Origin: Spirochaetia bacterium
Lineage (GTDB): Bacteria; Spirochaetota; Spirochaetia; DSM-2461
NCBI GenBank assembly: GCA_963666985.2
Contig: CAXXIA010000003.1
Coordinates: 135,792 to 199,791 of the forward strand
Length of the DNA stretch: 64,000 nt
Direction: 5' to 3'
Shown here: in pieces, positions 28,459 through 39,216 of the stretch
How the letters are laid out: every line of letters begins with the position of its first letter
Position numbering within the stretch: position 1 is the first letter of the stretch
Position numbers and translations under genes: made by a program
Notes under the pieces: model-generated
What the model was told of the DNA's origin: nothing
Databases searched by the model: none
What the model saw: the letters and a program-made list of their open reading frames with translations, nothing else

Positions 28459-29196
28459 CTAATCCTCAAAATAGGGATCGCCCCCGAAACGAACAACATT
28501 CGGTAAATCGGTCCATCCCCATTCGCCATCGGTAACCTTGCCAAGATGGGCATCGTTTCCGGTCATGGATAAGGCGATAACCGAACCGTCGGAGGGATGG
28601 GCCAGGTAAAGATAATCATAGTCGTAATCTCTGATCATATACATTACCTCCGTTCCCGATATCGTAACCGTCCAGCTCCCGTCTCCATTATTGATATATT
28701 CACCGCCGCCGCTTTGGACGTACTGCTCGGGAAGAATCAAATCGGTCAAAGAAGGCCGAAATTTTCCAACGGCATCAACGTTCGCTTTCAGGTTCGACAG
28801 CATTTCGTTGAGATCCTGCGTGTAGGAATCTCCGATGAAATTCCCGTTCGAATCGAAAAGCTGAACCGTCGGAAAACCGGAAAAATCAAAACGGTCCAAT
28901 TCCGGATTTCTCTTACCATCCACCACATCCAGCAGCTTCAAAGCAATATAATTCTTGGAGACATATTCCTGGAACGCCGGCTTGGAAAGGACATTCTGTT
29001 CAAGCCGAACACACCATCCGCACCAGCTTGGAGCTGTAATCAGAACGAATATGTTCTTCTCTTCCCTCTGCGCGGCAGTAAGAGCATCGTCCCAGGAATC
29101 GTTCCAATTCACATCCCGACCGAAGGCCGCGGCGGGCAAAACCAGAAAAACAGCCGCGAATAAAACTAAAAATCGCCCGAGAGACAGTGTTCTCAT
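28459..29196 (-). CDS. Exported thioredoxin-family protein
   Basis: Signal peptide, WCGWC active site, GFPT cis-Pro loop, extra C-terminal beta-rich domain. Confidence 0.85.
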   Translation of the reverse strand: MRTLSLGRFLVLFAAVFLVLPAAAFGRDVNWNDSWDDALTAAQREEKNIFVLITAPSWCGWCVRLEQNVLSKPAFQEYVSKNYIALKLLDVVDGKRNPELDRFDFSGFPTVQLFDSNGNFIGDSYTQDLNEMLSNLKANVDAVGKFRPSLTDLILPEQYVQSGGGEYINNGDGSWTVTISGTEVMYMIRDYDYDYLYLAHPSDGSVIALSMTGNDAHLGKVTDGEWGWTDLPNVVRFGGDPYFED

Positions 29197-29456
29197 TCTT
29201 ATCTCCTTCTTGAATTATTCACAAAGCCCATGAATCCCCACGGAAGACAATAATCCGCCGGAGGAGCCACAATCTTACTATATATTAATAGATTAATTAT
29301 GATGAGGCGATTTAAAAAAACAACGATTTTTGAAACAAATCCCCTTTTTAAGCGAATTCGAAGGGGGTTCGGCCCTATTCGAAAATATGGGGCTGCTGCA
29401 AAAGCCTCAAAGGCCTTGAGCAATAACCCACTCATGATAAAAGAAACTCCAATTCA

Positions 29457-29485
29457 TTGACAACCGGAGATTTCCGTCCTAGCTT
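29457..29485 (+). promoter_or_regulatory. Sigma70-type promoter, leaderless geometry
   Basis: TTGACA(29457-62)-17-TAGCTT(29480-85), then 7 nt to ATG 29493, with no Shine-Dalgarno. Confidence 0.65.
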
Positions 29486-29492
29486 GTCTTGT

Positions 29493-31037
29493 ATGAAAGT
29501 CTCACGTGTTCAATCTCCCTTAATAAAAATCATCGTCGCCGGCATTATCGGAACCTTCGGCATCACATCACTCGCGGCGGCCTCACCCGACTGGGTGGAA
29601 AGCTACGGAATGAATACCCCTTACTCCAGAGAGACGCATCTGACCGGTTTTGCCGCGGTCTCTAAAGACGAAGCGAATGCCCGTGAGACGGCTCGGGACC
29701 GTGCGGCGGCCGATCTTTCGGGAAAAATTCGAATAAAAGTCCAGTCGGAACTGGTGGCCATCGAATCCGAAACCGACGGCAAATCTTCTTCTTCGGTCTC
29801 CCAGGTAACGAAAAACTCGGTGAACGTGAGCGTTTCGGGTATTGAATACGACTTTCATGAAGATCGGCGCAATCTCTACGCGCTGGCTCACATCCCGACG
29901 GAAACTCTACTGAAAAATTACACCGGCGAAGCGGCCGGTTACTGGGAAGAAATCCGTGAAGCCCTCCGGAAAGCCCGGGGATTCTCATCTTCCGGCCGCG
30001 GCGACAAGGCGCTGGAAACTCTCTACGGCATTAAGGCGGCCTTTCCCAATCTTTATGAACGCTGGACATTGGCACGAAGCGTCGCCGGAAATGACGCGGC
30101 TTTTTTCCAGGGACTTCCCGAAGCCCGAACGCTGGCCGACCTTCAGCGCGCCGAATCGGACGTCGGGGCGATGATCGACGAATTGGAAGACCGCAGCGCT
30201 TCGAGCATCGACGAAGCCGTCGGAATGATCGCGGTGATGCTTCATCGTCAGAATGTAACAGGCGGCCATACCCGGGTTCCTCCGGCACTGTATGAATCAA
30301 CGACTTTCTCCAGCGAATTCGGCAGATACGTCGCCGAACGGCTGGAAAGCAAACTTGTCGAGGCACTTCCCTCGGGCCGCGAACCGTCGGTTTTCCGAAG
30401 CCAGTATTGGGAAGAAGGCGGCCGCATTCGGCTCATCGTTTTGGTTTCGGACGAAAACGGAGAAAAAAAAGGCCGCGCCGAAGTGCTCCTTCCAACGACG
30501 GCCGCCGGCAGGCGGTCCCTGAAACCGCAAGGATTCGACGAAGCCATGGTCGCCCTGCAGGAATTCGCCGAAGGTGCCATAAGCGACGGCGGTCTGAATG
30601 TCGATGTCTGGACAAACAAGGGCCGGGACGAAGATGCCCTGGTCTTCACCGACGGGGAAATCGTCCAGCTCTACTTCCGGGTAAACCAGCCCGCGACGCT
30701 GCAGGTTACCTACCGGCTCGCCACGGGTGAACTTGTGCTCTTGGAACAAGCCTTCTACATCGGCTCCGACCGAGTGAACCGTACGGTCCCTCTTCCTTAT
30801 GAGTTTGAGGTTCAAGCGCCGTACGGCGTGGAGAATCTGATCGTTACGGCCTATTCCGCTTCCCCGCCGCCGGTGAATATCCTACCCAAGGAAATCTCCG
30901 GAGAACTCTACGACGTGTTCGGTTCGATGAAAGAAGTGGTGGCGAATACCCGGGGGCTGGGGCGCCGACAGAATGAGGGAGAGCAAACCCAGCGCATCGG
31001 AGAAGCCATGCTGACTCTGACGACTCTGCAAAATTAA
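29493..31037 (+). CDS. Exported protein with LPP20-like N-terminus and C-terminal DUF4384-like domain
   Basis: Signal peptide, PDWV...ARDRAAADLSGKI; C-terminal VDVWTNKG..GEIVQLYFRVNQ..FEVQAPYGVE.L pattern typical of DUF4384. Confidence 0.7.
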   Translation: MKVSRVQSPLIKIIVAGIIGTFGITSLAAASPDWVESYGMNTPYSRETHLTGFAAVSKDEANARETARDRAAADLSGKIRIKVQSELVAIESETDGKSSSSVSQVTKNSVNVSVSGIEYDFHEDRRNLYALAHIPTETLLKNYTGEAAGYWEEIREALRKARGFSSSGRGDKALETLYGIKAAFPNLYERWTLARSVAGNDAAFFQGLPEARTLADLQRAESDVGAMIDELEDRSASSIDEAVGMIAVMLHRQNVTGGHTRVPPALYESTTFSSEFGRYVAERLESKLVEALPSGREPSVFRSQYWEEGGRIRLIVLVSDENGEKKGRAEVLLPTTAAGRRSLKPQGFDEAMVALQEFAEGAISDGGLNVDVWTNKGRDEDALVFTDGEIVQLYFRVNQPATLQVTYRLATGELVLLEQAFYIGSDRVNRTVPLPYEFEVQAPYGVENLIVTAYSASPPPVNILPKEISGELYDVFGSMKEVVANTRGLGRRQNEGEQTQRIGEAMLTLTTLQN

Positions 31038-31087
31038 AATGACCCCCTGACGCCGGGCGGCGGATACCGTCCCCGATGGCATCTCAT

Positions 31088-31675
31088 TCATTCGCCGGCG
31101 TTATACCGAAGCTCCGTCCGCGGCGCATGCCGATCCATACCGCCCGAATCCGCCGTCATGCCCTCCGGCGGGCGGATGCGCCGAAAAACGGAACCGCCGT
31201 CCCCCTCATCTCCATCAATCCGCACGAGGGCCCACTCACCCTCCCAGCATTCGAAGAAAACATTCGCGGGGTAGGCATCATAACCGCAGGCGGGCCTCAA
31301 AACTTTTCGCGGCCCATCAAGCGGCATCCCCGCCAGTTCCGCCGCCGGAAATATGGAGAACACCGTATGCCCTTCGGAGACTGCGGTTACCGCAACCCAC
31401 TTCCCGTCCGGCGATGCCTCAAGGCAGACCACTTCACGCCCGCCTACCGGCAGATCCACCGGCGGGAAAAAGAGAATCCCGTCAACCTTCAGCCCCCATA
31501 CCACGCCGCGCGCCGGATCGTTCACGGCCAGAAGCACCGAATCGCCGGATTCGGAGAGAGGACAGGAGAGAACGTTCGCGGCGAGAATCGGTTCTCCCGC
31601 GAAAGAAACGGCGGCCGTCAGAACCAGGAAAGCTATTCCGGCCGCCCGGCGGGAGGGGGTTACTTTCCCAGCCAC
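31088..31675 (-). CDS. Hypothetical exported protein
   Basis: GTG start overlapping the end of the vWA gene, signal-like N-terminus, ASPDGKWVAV beta-propeller-like motif. Confidence 0.5.
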   Translation of the reverse strand: MAGKVTPSRRAAGIAFLVLTAAVSFAGEPILAANVLSCPLSESGDSVLLAVNDPARGVVWGLKVDGILFFPPVDLPVGGREVVCLEASPDGKWVAVTAVSEGHTVFSIFPAAELAGMPLDGPRKVLRPACGYDAYPANVFFECWEGEWALVRIDGDEGDGGSVFRRIRPPEGMTADSGGMDRHAPRTELRYNAGE

Positions 31676-32793
31676 CGGTCGAAAGCTTCCACGCTCACCA
31701 GGGAGAGGGCTTTATCCACATGAAGAATCACCTGGGCTCCGTTCGCGGCCTCGGTGAATTCGGAATGACGCTTTCTGATATCGGCCAGAAGTTCGGCGTA
31801 TTCCCTCTCCGAAAGCCTGCGGCCCTCGAGCGTTTCATCGGTGATATATCCGTCCAGAGTCTTCGCTCCGTCGCCTTCGGAAACATGCCGCTTATCGCCC
31901 TCGATATTGAAAATACATTGAATGTAATCAATCCCCATTTTCGGGAACGTCCGCAGCCGGGAAAGCGCTTCATCATGATCGTTCGGTAGACCGTCGGTGA
32001 ACAGAATCACCACATCCTCGGCGCTCCGGTCGGCATGATGGAGCACCTTATTAAGAAAGGATTCATAGGAGGTTTCCAGACGGGGCAGTTCCTTGCCCGA
32101 AACGGGATAAGAAATAAGACGGCAGTCGTTCGAGAAGGCATAGAGGAAAAACTCGGCGGAGGGAAGCAGTTTCGTTAAATATCCGTAGAAGAGATCCAGG
32201 GCCGACTCGACGTAGGTATCCCGTCCGGCGGCCTGCATGCTGTAGGAATAATCGATGACAAGATGAATCCCGGCGCGGCGGTCCACGGGAAACGCATACT
32301 GGGAAGCCACGGTCCGCACGAGAATATCGGCCAAGTTCAGCGCATGATCGATTCGGTTGAAGAGGGATGCGCCGCCGGGACGAGCGCCCCAGGGAAAAAT
32401 CAGGGAATCGTCCCGCACAAGAGAGGATCGAAGAGCGGTTCTCGGTGCCAGTCCGAAATTTCCATATTCCGACTTCACCTTTCCCCGAAAACCGTTCAAA
32501 ACGCGAAGCTTCTCATCGGCGCTGTTGAGCGTATCGACGCACTCACGGGATGAAAGACCGGAGAGGCCGGGACTGATAACCCGCATCATCCGGTCTTTCC
32601 GGAGACGATACTTATCGTGAACCGAATCAATGGTCACGCTGGAAAGCGGCGAGAAATCCCGGAACTCTTCGGGCGGATAGCCGTTGATGCTTAAACCGTC
32701 GATAACGATCATCCCCGGTTCCAAACGGCTGAAAGGAACCGAAAAAAGATCGGGAAGTCCGTCGAATTCAAACATGCGTTCAGTATCGGCCAT
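31660..32793 (-). CDS. vWA-domain protein
   Basis: MIDAS LVIDYSYSM and VILFTDG; start MADTER with GGAG upstream. Confidence 0.75.
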   Translation of the reverse strand: MADTERMFEFDGLPDLFSVPFSRLEPGMIVIDGLSINGYPPEEFRDFSPLSSVTIDSVHDKYRLRKDRMMRVISPGLSGLSSRECVDTLNSADEKLRVLNGFRGKVKSEYGNFGLAPRTALRSSLVRDDSLIFPWGARPGGASLFNRIDHALNLADILVRTVASQYAFPVDRRAGIHLVIDYSYSMQAAGRDTYVESALDLFYGYLTKLLPSAEFFLYAFSNDCRLISYPVSGKELPRLETSYESFLNKVLHHADRSAEDVVILFTDGLPNDHDEALSRLRTFPKMGIDYIQCIFNIEGDKRHVSEGDGAKTLDGYITDETLEGRRLSEREYAELLADIRKRHSEFTEAANGAQVILHVDKALSLVSVEAFDRWLGK

Positions 32794-33009
32794 ACCGCTC
32801 CGCTTTGTGAAGTTCCGCATCAATGCTGAATTAACCCTCATCCGCCCCTTTGCGCTGGAATTTCGGATATGCCGAAGGTACTCTGTAAACAGACACATAA
32901 GGCGATTTTTGAAGGGAAACCATTCCAACTTGATTTTAAAGAGGTTTCAGCCGGCGATTCCACGCAATTTCATGAATTATGAAATCGCCTTACACGGGAG
33001 AAATCAAAC

Positions 33010-34733
33010 ATGCACACGATTCCATCCAAACAGCGCGCCCTAATCGCGATCCTTTTTATCCTTCTCACCGCCGGAACTCTCCGTGCGCAGTCGAACTCCG
33101 GAGGATCGGGGCTGATTATAACAGCGGACGGAATTCGCTTTGCCACCACCCAAGCCCAGCCCAAGGGCATCATCGCCTCCGATGGAGCCGCTCCGGGCGA
33201 CGGTATTTCGGAGAATCGGCTGCCCCGCCGGGTCGATCTTTCCGAATATCTTCCGCCCATCGGTTCGCAGGGCATGATAGGAAGCTGCTCGGCCTGGTCC
33301 ACCGTGTACTACGCAAAAACCATTCAGGAAAATCAGGAACACGGCTGGGGAGCGGACCGGCTCTCGCGCCAATTCAGCCCATTGTTTTCCTACAATCAGA
33401 TAACTCATGGCCGCAACGAGGGAACCTCCATCGACGACCACATGCTGATCATTCAGAACATGGGCGCGGTTCCCTTAAGCGAATTCCCCTATACCGAACA
33501 AATCAATATTTTTCCCGATGACGAAACCATCGCCCGCGCCGAGCCGTACCGCGGCGAATCATACAGGAAGCTCAGCGAGTACGACTGGAATACTCAAGCG
33601 TGGACAACCGATATCAACACGGTTAAAACCGTCCTCGCCGAAGGCTCCCCCGTGGTGGGGGGATTTCTGGTCCATGACAGTTTCTACGACTATCAAGGCG
33701 GTATCTATAGTCATCCCAGAGGCGCGGAACTCGGAGGGCACGCCATGTGCGTCGTCGGCTACGACGATGATAAAAGGGCCTTTCTCATTGTCAATTCATG
33801 GGGCGAGGACTGGGGAGAAGACGGCTTCATGTGGATGTCTTACGACCTTTTTCCCAAACTGAACACATCCGGATGTCTTGTGATGATCGATCATGTCGAT
33901 ACGAAGGCCGTCAAACTGGAACCGCCGACGGGATTTCAAAGTTCAAAGGGCGCTCATACGGATCGGATTGAACTTTCCTGGTCGCCGATGGAAGCGGCCG
34001 ACTCCTACACCGTGTATCGTGTGGACAATGAAAACGGAGAGTTCCGGAAACTCGGGGACACGGCCGAAACCGTCTACCTCGACGACTCGCTTCCGCCCGG
34101 CGTGAACTATGTCTATGCCGTGAAAAGCGTCCGGGGGAACGGAGAACACCGCGAGCTGAGCGGCATGAGCGAAATCGCCGAAGGCTGGACCTCCAAGGGC
34201 AAAGGCGTTCCGGGGCATCCCCTCGAACTTAACCTGCGGCTTTTTTCAAAAAGATGCCTCTTATTATGTGGGATCCCGTGGACGAGGCCGAAGGTTACAA
34301 TCTTTACCGCTGGGACCATGAGAGAGAAGATTTCTTCAAAATCGGAGAATCTTCCGATCCGCTGTTTCTGGATCATTCCTACCGCCGGGGAGAACGAATG
34401 GAAATGATCTACTACGTCGTTCAGGCCTACAACGGATACGGCGCGGGGTACGCCGCCGATGCCGCGTCGCTGCTCTATCACCCAAGAGCCCGGGAAGTCG
34501 CGTCCCTGAATGGTTCACCGAACGACGACCGCATGACTCCTCCCATGGAATCCGCTCCCTTCCGGGGCGAATACTACCGTACGGACTATTTCGACTACGA
34601 ATACACCATGAAGCGCTTCCGGGAATTTTACGAAGCCGAACAGGCCGCCTTTCGGGCCTACCGGGAGAACGAACAATCGGAATTCGAGAAGTGGATGCAA
34701 AGCCAGAGGGAAGGCGCCGATGCGCTGAGGTAA
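33010..34733 (+). pseudogene. Secreted papain-like (C1) cysteine protease with two FN3 domains, frameshifted at about 34212-34250 (assembly error or pseudogene)
   Basis: QGMIGSCSAWS, GGHAMCVVGYDD, NSWGEDWGEDG. The second FN3 is split over three frames: VPG|IPSNLT|AAFFKKMPLIMWDPVDEAEGYNLYRW. Confidence 0.8.
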
Positions 34734-34895
34734 AGCGGAGCCGGCGGAAATAATGAAGGGAAAACGCCGGAAATCCGCCGCAGCGAAAGAGAGAAAAGCA
34801 AACATACGATTCACGTCCAAAGCCCCCCGGAGGGATGCCGCGAAAAACTTTTTCCGGCGCGGCTTCGGGAGCGAGGATCGGGTAAAAGCCGGTAT

Positions 34896-36074
34896 CTATT
34901 TTAAAAATGCCTGATTCTTTTTTATCAAAGCAAGACGATCTTCAACGCTGAAGCGGGAACAACCTCTGTCTTCGGGCGTGTTCATACAAAAGTCCATCAT
35001 TCGCTCGATACTGGTTTTCGCAAGATGCATACGGGTATCGGAAGAAGCGTAATAGATATAAAGGGTTCCGTCGTCGTCCGCAACGGCACCGTTGCAGAAA
35101 ACAACGTTCGAAACATCTCCGATGCGTTCTTCATGCCGCGGAGCGATAAGATATCCTCCGGGACGGGCTATCACTTCCCACGGCTTTTCCAAGCCGGTCA
35201 TGAAGGCATAAACGACATACCGCAAACCGGCGGCGGTGTTTCGAACGCCGTGAACGATGTGCAGCCAGCCTTCGGAAGTTTTTATCGGGGGTGCTCCGCC
35301 GCCGTTTTTCACCTCTTTGACGGTATGATACAGCTTGGGATCGAGAATTTTTTCATCTTTAACCACCGCGCCTTCCATGGAATCCGCAAGGCCCCAGCAG
35401 ATGCCTCCTCCGGAACCGGTTTCGATGAATCCGTCCTGAGGACGGGTGTAAAGCATGTATTTACCGTTTACGAATTCCGGGTGGAGCACCACATTGCGCT
35501 GCTGAGAGGATGTGCTGATCAAATCGGGCAGCCGTTCCCAAGTCCTCAAATCCTTGGTACGGACAATTCCGGCATCGGCCGTGGCCATAACCGTATCGCC
35601 TGAGGGCGCCGAAGGATCTTTTCTCTCGGCGCAGAATATCCCGTAAATCCACCCGTCCTCATGCCGAATCAGGCGCATGTCGTAAACATTGATATCCGGC
35701 TCTTGAACCTGCTCAAGAAGAAGCGGTTCGCCATTGAATTCCCAATGATCGATTCCGTTGGGACTTTCGGCCAGGGCGAAAAACGATTTCCGGTCGGCAC
35801 CTTCCACGCGGCACATCATGTAATAAATACCGTTCATTTTAATGGCTCCGGCGTTGAATACGGCGTTGATGCCCAGCCGTTCCATGAGAAACGGATTGGT
35901 TTCGGGATTCAGGTCGTACTTCCAGTGCAGAGGAGCATGAGAGGCCGTCAGTATCGGATATTTGAACCGTTCAAAAATACCGTTTCCGGGTAAAAGGGGC
36001 TGATTGGGACGGTTAATCAGTTCCGAATATTCGGCTTTCAAAGCCGCCAGACGTTCGGTAAATCGTGTGCTCAT
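34896..36074 (-). CDS. mgp: GH130 4-O-beta-D-mannosyl-D-glucose phosphorylase
   Basis: WKYDLNPETNPFLMERLGINAVFNAGAI, RVEGADRKSFF, YDMRL, QQRNVVLHP, GDVSNVVFCNG. Confidence 0.9.
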   Translation of the reverse strand: MSTRFTERLAALKAEYSELINRPNQPLLPGNGIFERFKYPILTASHAPLHWKYDLNPETNPFLMERLGINAVFNAGAIKMNGIYYMMCRVEGADRKSFFALAESPNGIDHWEFNGEPLLLEQVQEPDINVYDMRLIRHEDGWIYGIFCAERKDPSAPSGDTVMATADAGIVRTKDLRTWERLPDLISTSSQQRNVVLHPEFVNGKYMLYTRPQDGFIETGSGGGICWGLADSMEGAVVKDEKILDPKLYHTVKEVKNGGGAPPIKTSEGWLHIVHGVRNTAAGLRYVVYAFMTGLEKPWEVIARPGGYLIAPRHEERIGDVSNVVFCNGAVADDDGTLYIYYASSDTRMHLAKTSIERMMDFCMNTPEDRGCSRFSVEDRLALIKKNQAFLK

Positions 36075-36096
36075 TCTTTTTCCTTTTAGAAAGCGG

Positions 36097-36969
36097 CTAT
36101 CCTTTCACCGCTCCGGCAACCATCCCTTCCATGATTTTTCCCGAGAAGAAAAGATACAGCAGGACGACCGGAAGAAGCGCGATACCCAATGCCGCAACAA
36201 GCATGGGATAGTTTGTGGTATACGCGCCGGTAAACATCGTTAGTGCGACCGGAACGGTTTTCAGAATGTTTTTATTCACCAAAACGAGCGCGAAAGGAAA
36301 TTCATTCCAGGAACCGTTGAAAGTCAGGATTGTTACCGTTGCCAGAATCGGTTTGCATAAAGGCATGATGATTCTCATCAGACTTCCCCATACCGAACAG
36401 CCCTCCATCATGGCGGATTCTTCCAGTTCTTCCGGAAGACCGCGGATATAGCTTTCTATGAGAAACACCGCCGTAGGCAGAGCAAACGCGACATAAGGGA
36501 ATACCAGCGTCAGCCGTTTATCCAGCAAACCGATCGCTCGAAATTGCGTAAACACCGGAAGCATCCATGCATGCGTGGGAACAACCACCCCGAGAACAAG
36601 AAATCCGTAAATAAGATTCCGTCCCCTGAATTTGAACCGGGAAAGAAAATACCCGGTTACAGCCGAGCATAAAAGAACAACCAGCAGTGTAAACAGACTC
36701 ACCAGTGCGCTGTTTGTAAAATACATTCCGAACTTGGCTGTTTTCAAGATAAGCCGATAATTCTCCAGTGTCGGATGATGAGGCAGCTTGATAATGCTTT
36801 TGTTGTATTCGAGCAAAGGCTTGAATGATGTGTAGCCGATCCAAATAACGGGAAAAATACAGGTGAATGTAATCAACAGAAACAGAATGTTCACCAGCCA
36901 TTTCACGGTGTCTCTGCGAATATATTTCCATTCGAGAGGAGTTTTTTCGGCGCCGAATGCCTTACTCAT
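36097..36969 (-). CDS. Carbohydrate ABC permease (MalG-like)
   Basis: LEESAMMEG EAA loop, WNEF, C-terminal GAVKG. Confidence 0.92.
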   Translation of the reverse strand: MSKAFGAEKTPLEWKYIRRDTVKWLVNILFLLITFTCIFPVIWIGYTSFKPLLEYNKSIIKLPHHPTLENYRLILKTAKFGMYFTNSALVSLFTLLVVLLCSAVTGYFLSRFKFRGRNLIYGFLVLGVVVPTHAWMLPVFTQFRAIGLLDKRLTLVFPYVAFALPTAVFLIESYIRGLPEELEESAMMEGCSVWGSLMRIIMPLCKPILATVTILTFNGSWNEFPFALVLVNKNILKTVPVALTMFTGAYTTNYPMLVAALGIALLPVVLLYLFFSGKIMEGMVAGAVKG

Positions 36970-37843
36970 AGCGTTCTCCCCCCATTGCTTTCATGGTAAA
37001 GAATGTAATCACCAGACTGATAATGATTGTTCCTATGGAAACGGCGGAACCGTAGCTGAAACGCATCATCGTAAACGAAACATTGTAATTATAGAGAGTC
37101 ATTGTCATGGAACTCTCTCCGGGGCCTCCCCCCGTAAGAACAAAAATATGATCGAAAATCTTAAGTGTTCCGGAAACACAGAGCAGCACGGCCACCTTGA
37201 ATGTCGGATAGATCAGCGGAAGCATGATCTTAAATAATTTCTGGGCTCCGTTCACGCCATCCAGAGTTGAACTTTCCAGAACCGATGGCGGAATATTGTG
37301 GAGGGCCCCCAGCAGCATAATCATGTAGAGTCCGAAATACTGCCAGATAACCGGTATGGAAACCGAGAACAGAACGAGAGACGGATTATCCAGCCATAAA
37401 GGGAATTCCGTTACTCCGAAGAATCCCAGAACCAGATTTAAAATACCGCTTCGGCTGTTGTATATGATGCTCCAGATTAATCCGACGACAATCGGTGAAA
37501 GCACCACGGGAAGGAAATAGGCCGTTCTGTGGAGGGTATTGAATTTAACGAATTTCGTAACCAGCACAACCGAAACAATCAGGCCTATTCCGACTTGTCC
37601 GATAACAACAAGAATTGTGATCAGAAAGGTGTTGAGAAACGAATGCCAGAAAGACGCATCGTGAAAAAAATCGACAAAATTCCGAAAACCGACAAAGTTC
37701 ATCGTGCTTCCGCCCGTCCAGTCGAAAAAACTGTATCGGATACAGAAAATCAGCGGAAAAATAAAAATAAAAGCAAAAAGCAGCACGGTCGGCAAAATGG
37801 CCGCGAGAAGATTGAGGGTTGACGGTGTTTTTAATCGGGACAT
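36962..37843 (-). CDS. Carbohydrate ABC permease (MalF-like)
   Basis: FVGFRNF, ESSTLDG, LTGGGP. Confidence 0.92.
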   Translation of the reverse strand: MSRLKTPSTLNLLAAILPTVLLFAFIFIFPLIFCIRYSFFDWTGGSTMNFVGFRNFVDFFHDASFWHSFLNTFLITILVVIGQVGIGLIVSVVLVTKFVKFNTLHRTAYFLPVVLSPIVVGLIWSIIYNSRSGILNLVLGFFGVTEFPLWLDNPSLVLFSVSIPVIWQYFGLYMIMLLGALHNIPPSVLESSTLDGVNGAQKLFKIMLPLIYPTFKVAVLLCVSGTLKIFDHIFVLTGGGPGESSMTMTLYNYNVSFTMMRFSYGSAVSIGTIIISLVITFFTMKAMGGERYE

Positions 37844-37853
37844 AGACAATCCT

Positions 37854-37884
37854 AAAAAAAGAGGGATTCGGCATCGAATCCCTC
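37854..37884 (-). terminator. Intra-operon stem-loop with T-tail after the SBP gene
   Basis: Perfect GAGGGATTCG-GCAT-CGAATCCCTC followed by T7 on the minus strand. Confidence 0.65.
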
Positions 37885-37896
37885 TCAATATCACAC

Positions 37897-39195
37897 TTAA
37901 TGAACAGATTCTACATTTGCCGCGTATTCTTCGGGAGAAAGAGTTCCCATGAGCAGTTTCTGCAGATCGTTATAGAAAACATCAACGATCGTGGCGGGAA
38001 GCTGAACATCGAAAATCGGACCGAATTCAAGAGGCAGTTCATTGTAGGCGACTTGCAGCTCATTAAGCTGGGATTCGTCGATTTGCGGAACCATCGACGG
38101 GAAACCGCCGTTCATGGCCGCGGTATCGGCAAACTTCCGGCCGAAGATATTCTTAACGAAATCCGCGACAACGGCTTTATGCTCGTCGCTCATATTCTTG
38201 TTGATGCAGACGGCCCATCCGGCGCCCCCGGCAACAAGATGTGAAAGATCTTCATGACCTTTCACGCCGGGCAATACGGCCAAACCGATTTTCCCTTCAA
38301 GTGCGGTTCCCTTCGTATTGTCGATGACCGGTCCCAAAGCCCAGGAACCTTCCACGAACATGGCCGCTTCGCCGGAGTAAAGAAGAGTTCTCTGCTGGTT
38401 GTTGTCGATGCTGTTCATATCGCTGTTGAACGCGCCGGCATCTTTCATTTCAACAAAGAGTTTTGCCGCATCCACGAATACATCGTCCGTAAACTTGGCG
38501 CCTTTGTTATGGTAAATACTGTCGAACCATTCCGTTCCGGTAAAGCGGTAAACGATTGTATTGAAGATACAGGAAGGAGCAAGCCATTTCCCTTTGTTTC
38601 CCATCGCGAAAGGAATGACCCCCATCGATTTGAGTGATGCGCATGCGTCGATGAACTCGTCCATGGTTTTCGGGAATTCGGGATATCCGGCTTTCGCCAG
38701 GAGTTCCTTATTGTAGTAAACAACGTGATTCGACTGAAGCTGGAACGGGAATCCCCAGATTTTTCCATCCTGCGTGAAATCACTGAAAGCGCCGGATTTG
38801 TATGCCGAAGTAAAATTCGAATCCGCTTTCAGAATGGCGTCGATCGACGTTATCAAACCGTTTTCCTTAAGAACCGGAAACAGATCGGGCTTGGAAAGAT
38901 ACACATCCGGAAGACTCTGTGTCGCCACCATGGTTTTCAGCTTCATCTCGTAGTTATCATGCTGAATGAATTCGTCGGAAACGGTGACATTCGGATTCTT
39001 GGCGCGGTAATCTCCCATGGTCGCGGAGAACGCGGCGCTGCTGGCATCATCGGGCACCGGAGAATAATAGTGAATCATTGTAATTTCATCTTTTCCGGGC
39101 TTGCTGTCTGAAGAACCATTGGCCCAGACCATGCATACGGAAAGAGCCAGAATGATTACCGAAAACAACAGGGTTTTCATTGTACTTCGCGTCAT
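37897..39195 (-). CDS. ABC sugar-binding protein (family 1)
   Basis: Signal peptide, YYNKELL, GEAAMFVEGSW; AAGGAGG Shine-Dalgarno. Confidence 0.92.
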   Translation of the reverse strand: MTRSTMKTLLFSVIILALSVCMVWANGSSDSKPGKDEITMIHYYSPVPDDASSAAFSATMGDYRAKNPNVTVSDEFIQHDNYEMKLKTMVATQSLPDVYLSKPDLFPVLKENGLITSIDAILKADSNFTSAYKSGAFSDFTQDGKIWGFPFQLQSNHVVYYNKELLAKAGYPEFPKTMDEFIDACASLKSMGVIPFAMGNKGKWLAPSCIFNTIVYRFTGTEWFDSIYHNKGAKFTDDVFVDAAKLFVEMKDAGAFNSDMNSIDNNQQRTLLYSGEAAMFVEGSWALGPVIDNTKGTALEGKIGLAVLPGVKGHEDLSHLVAGGAGWAVCINKNMSDEHKAVVADFVKNIFGRKFADTAAMNGGFPSMVPQIDESQLNELQVAYNELPLEFGPIFDVQLPATIVDVFYNDLQKLLMGTLSPEEYAANVESVH

Positions 39196-39216
39196 AAGAC
39201 ACCTCCTTAAATATCG

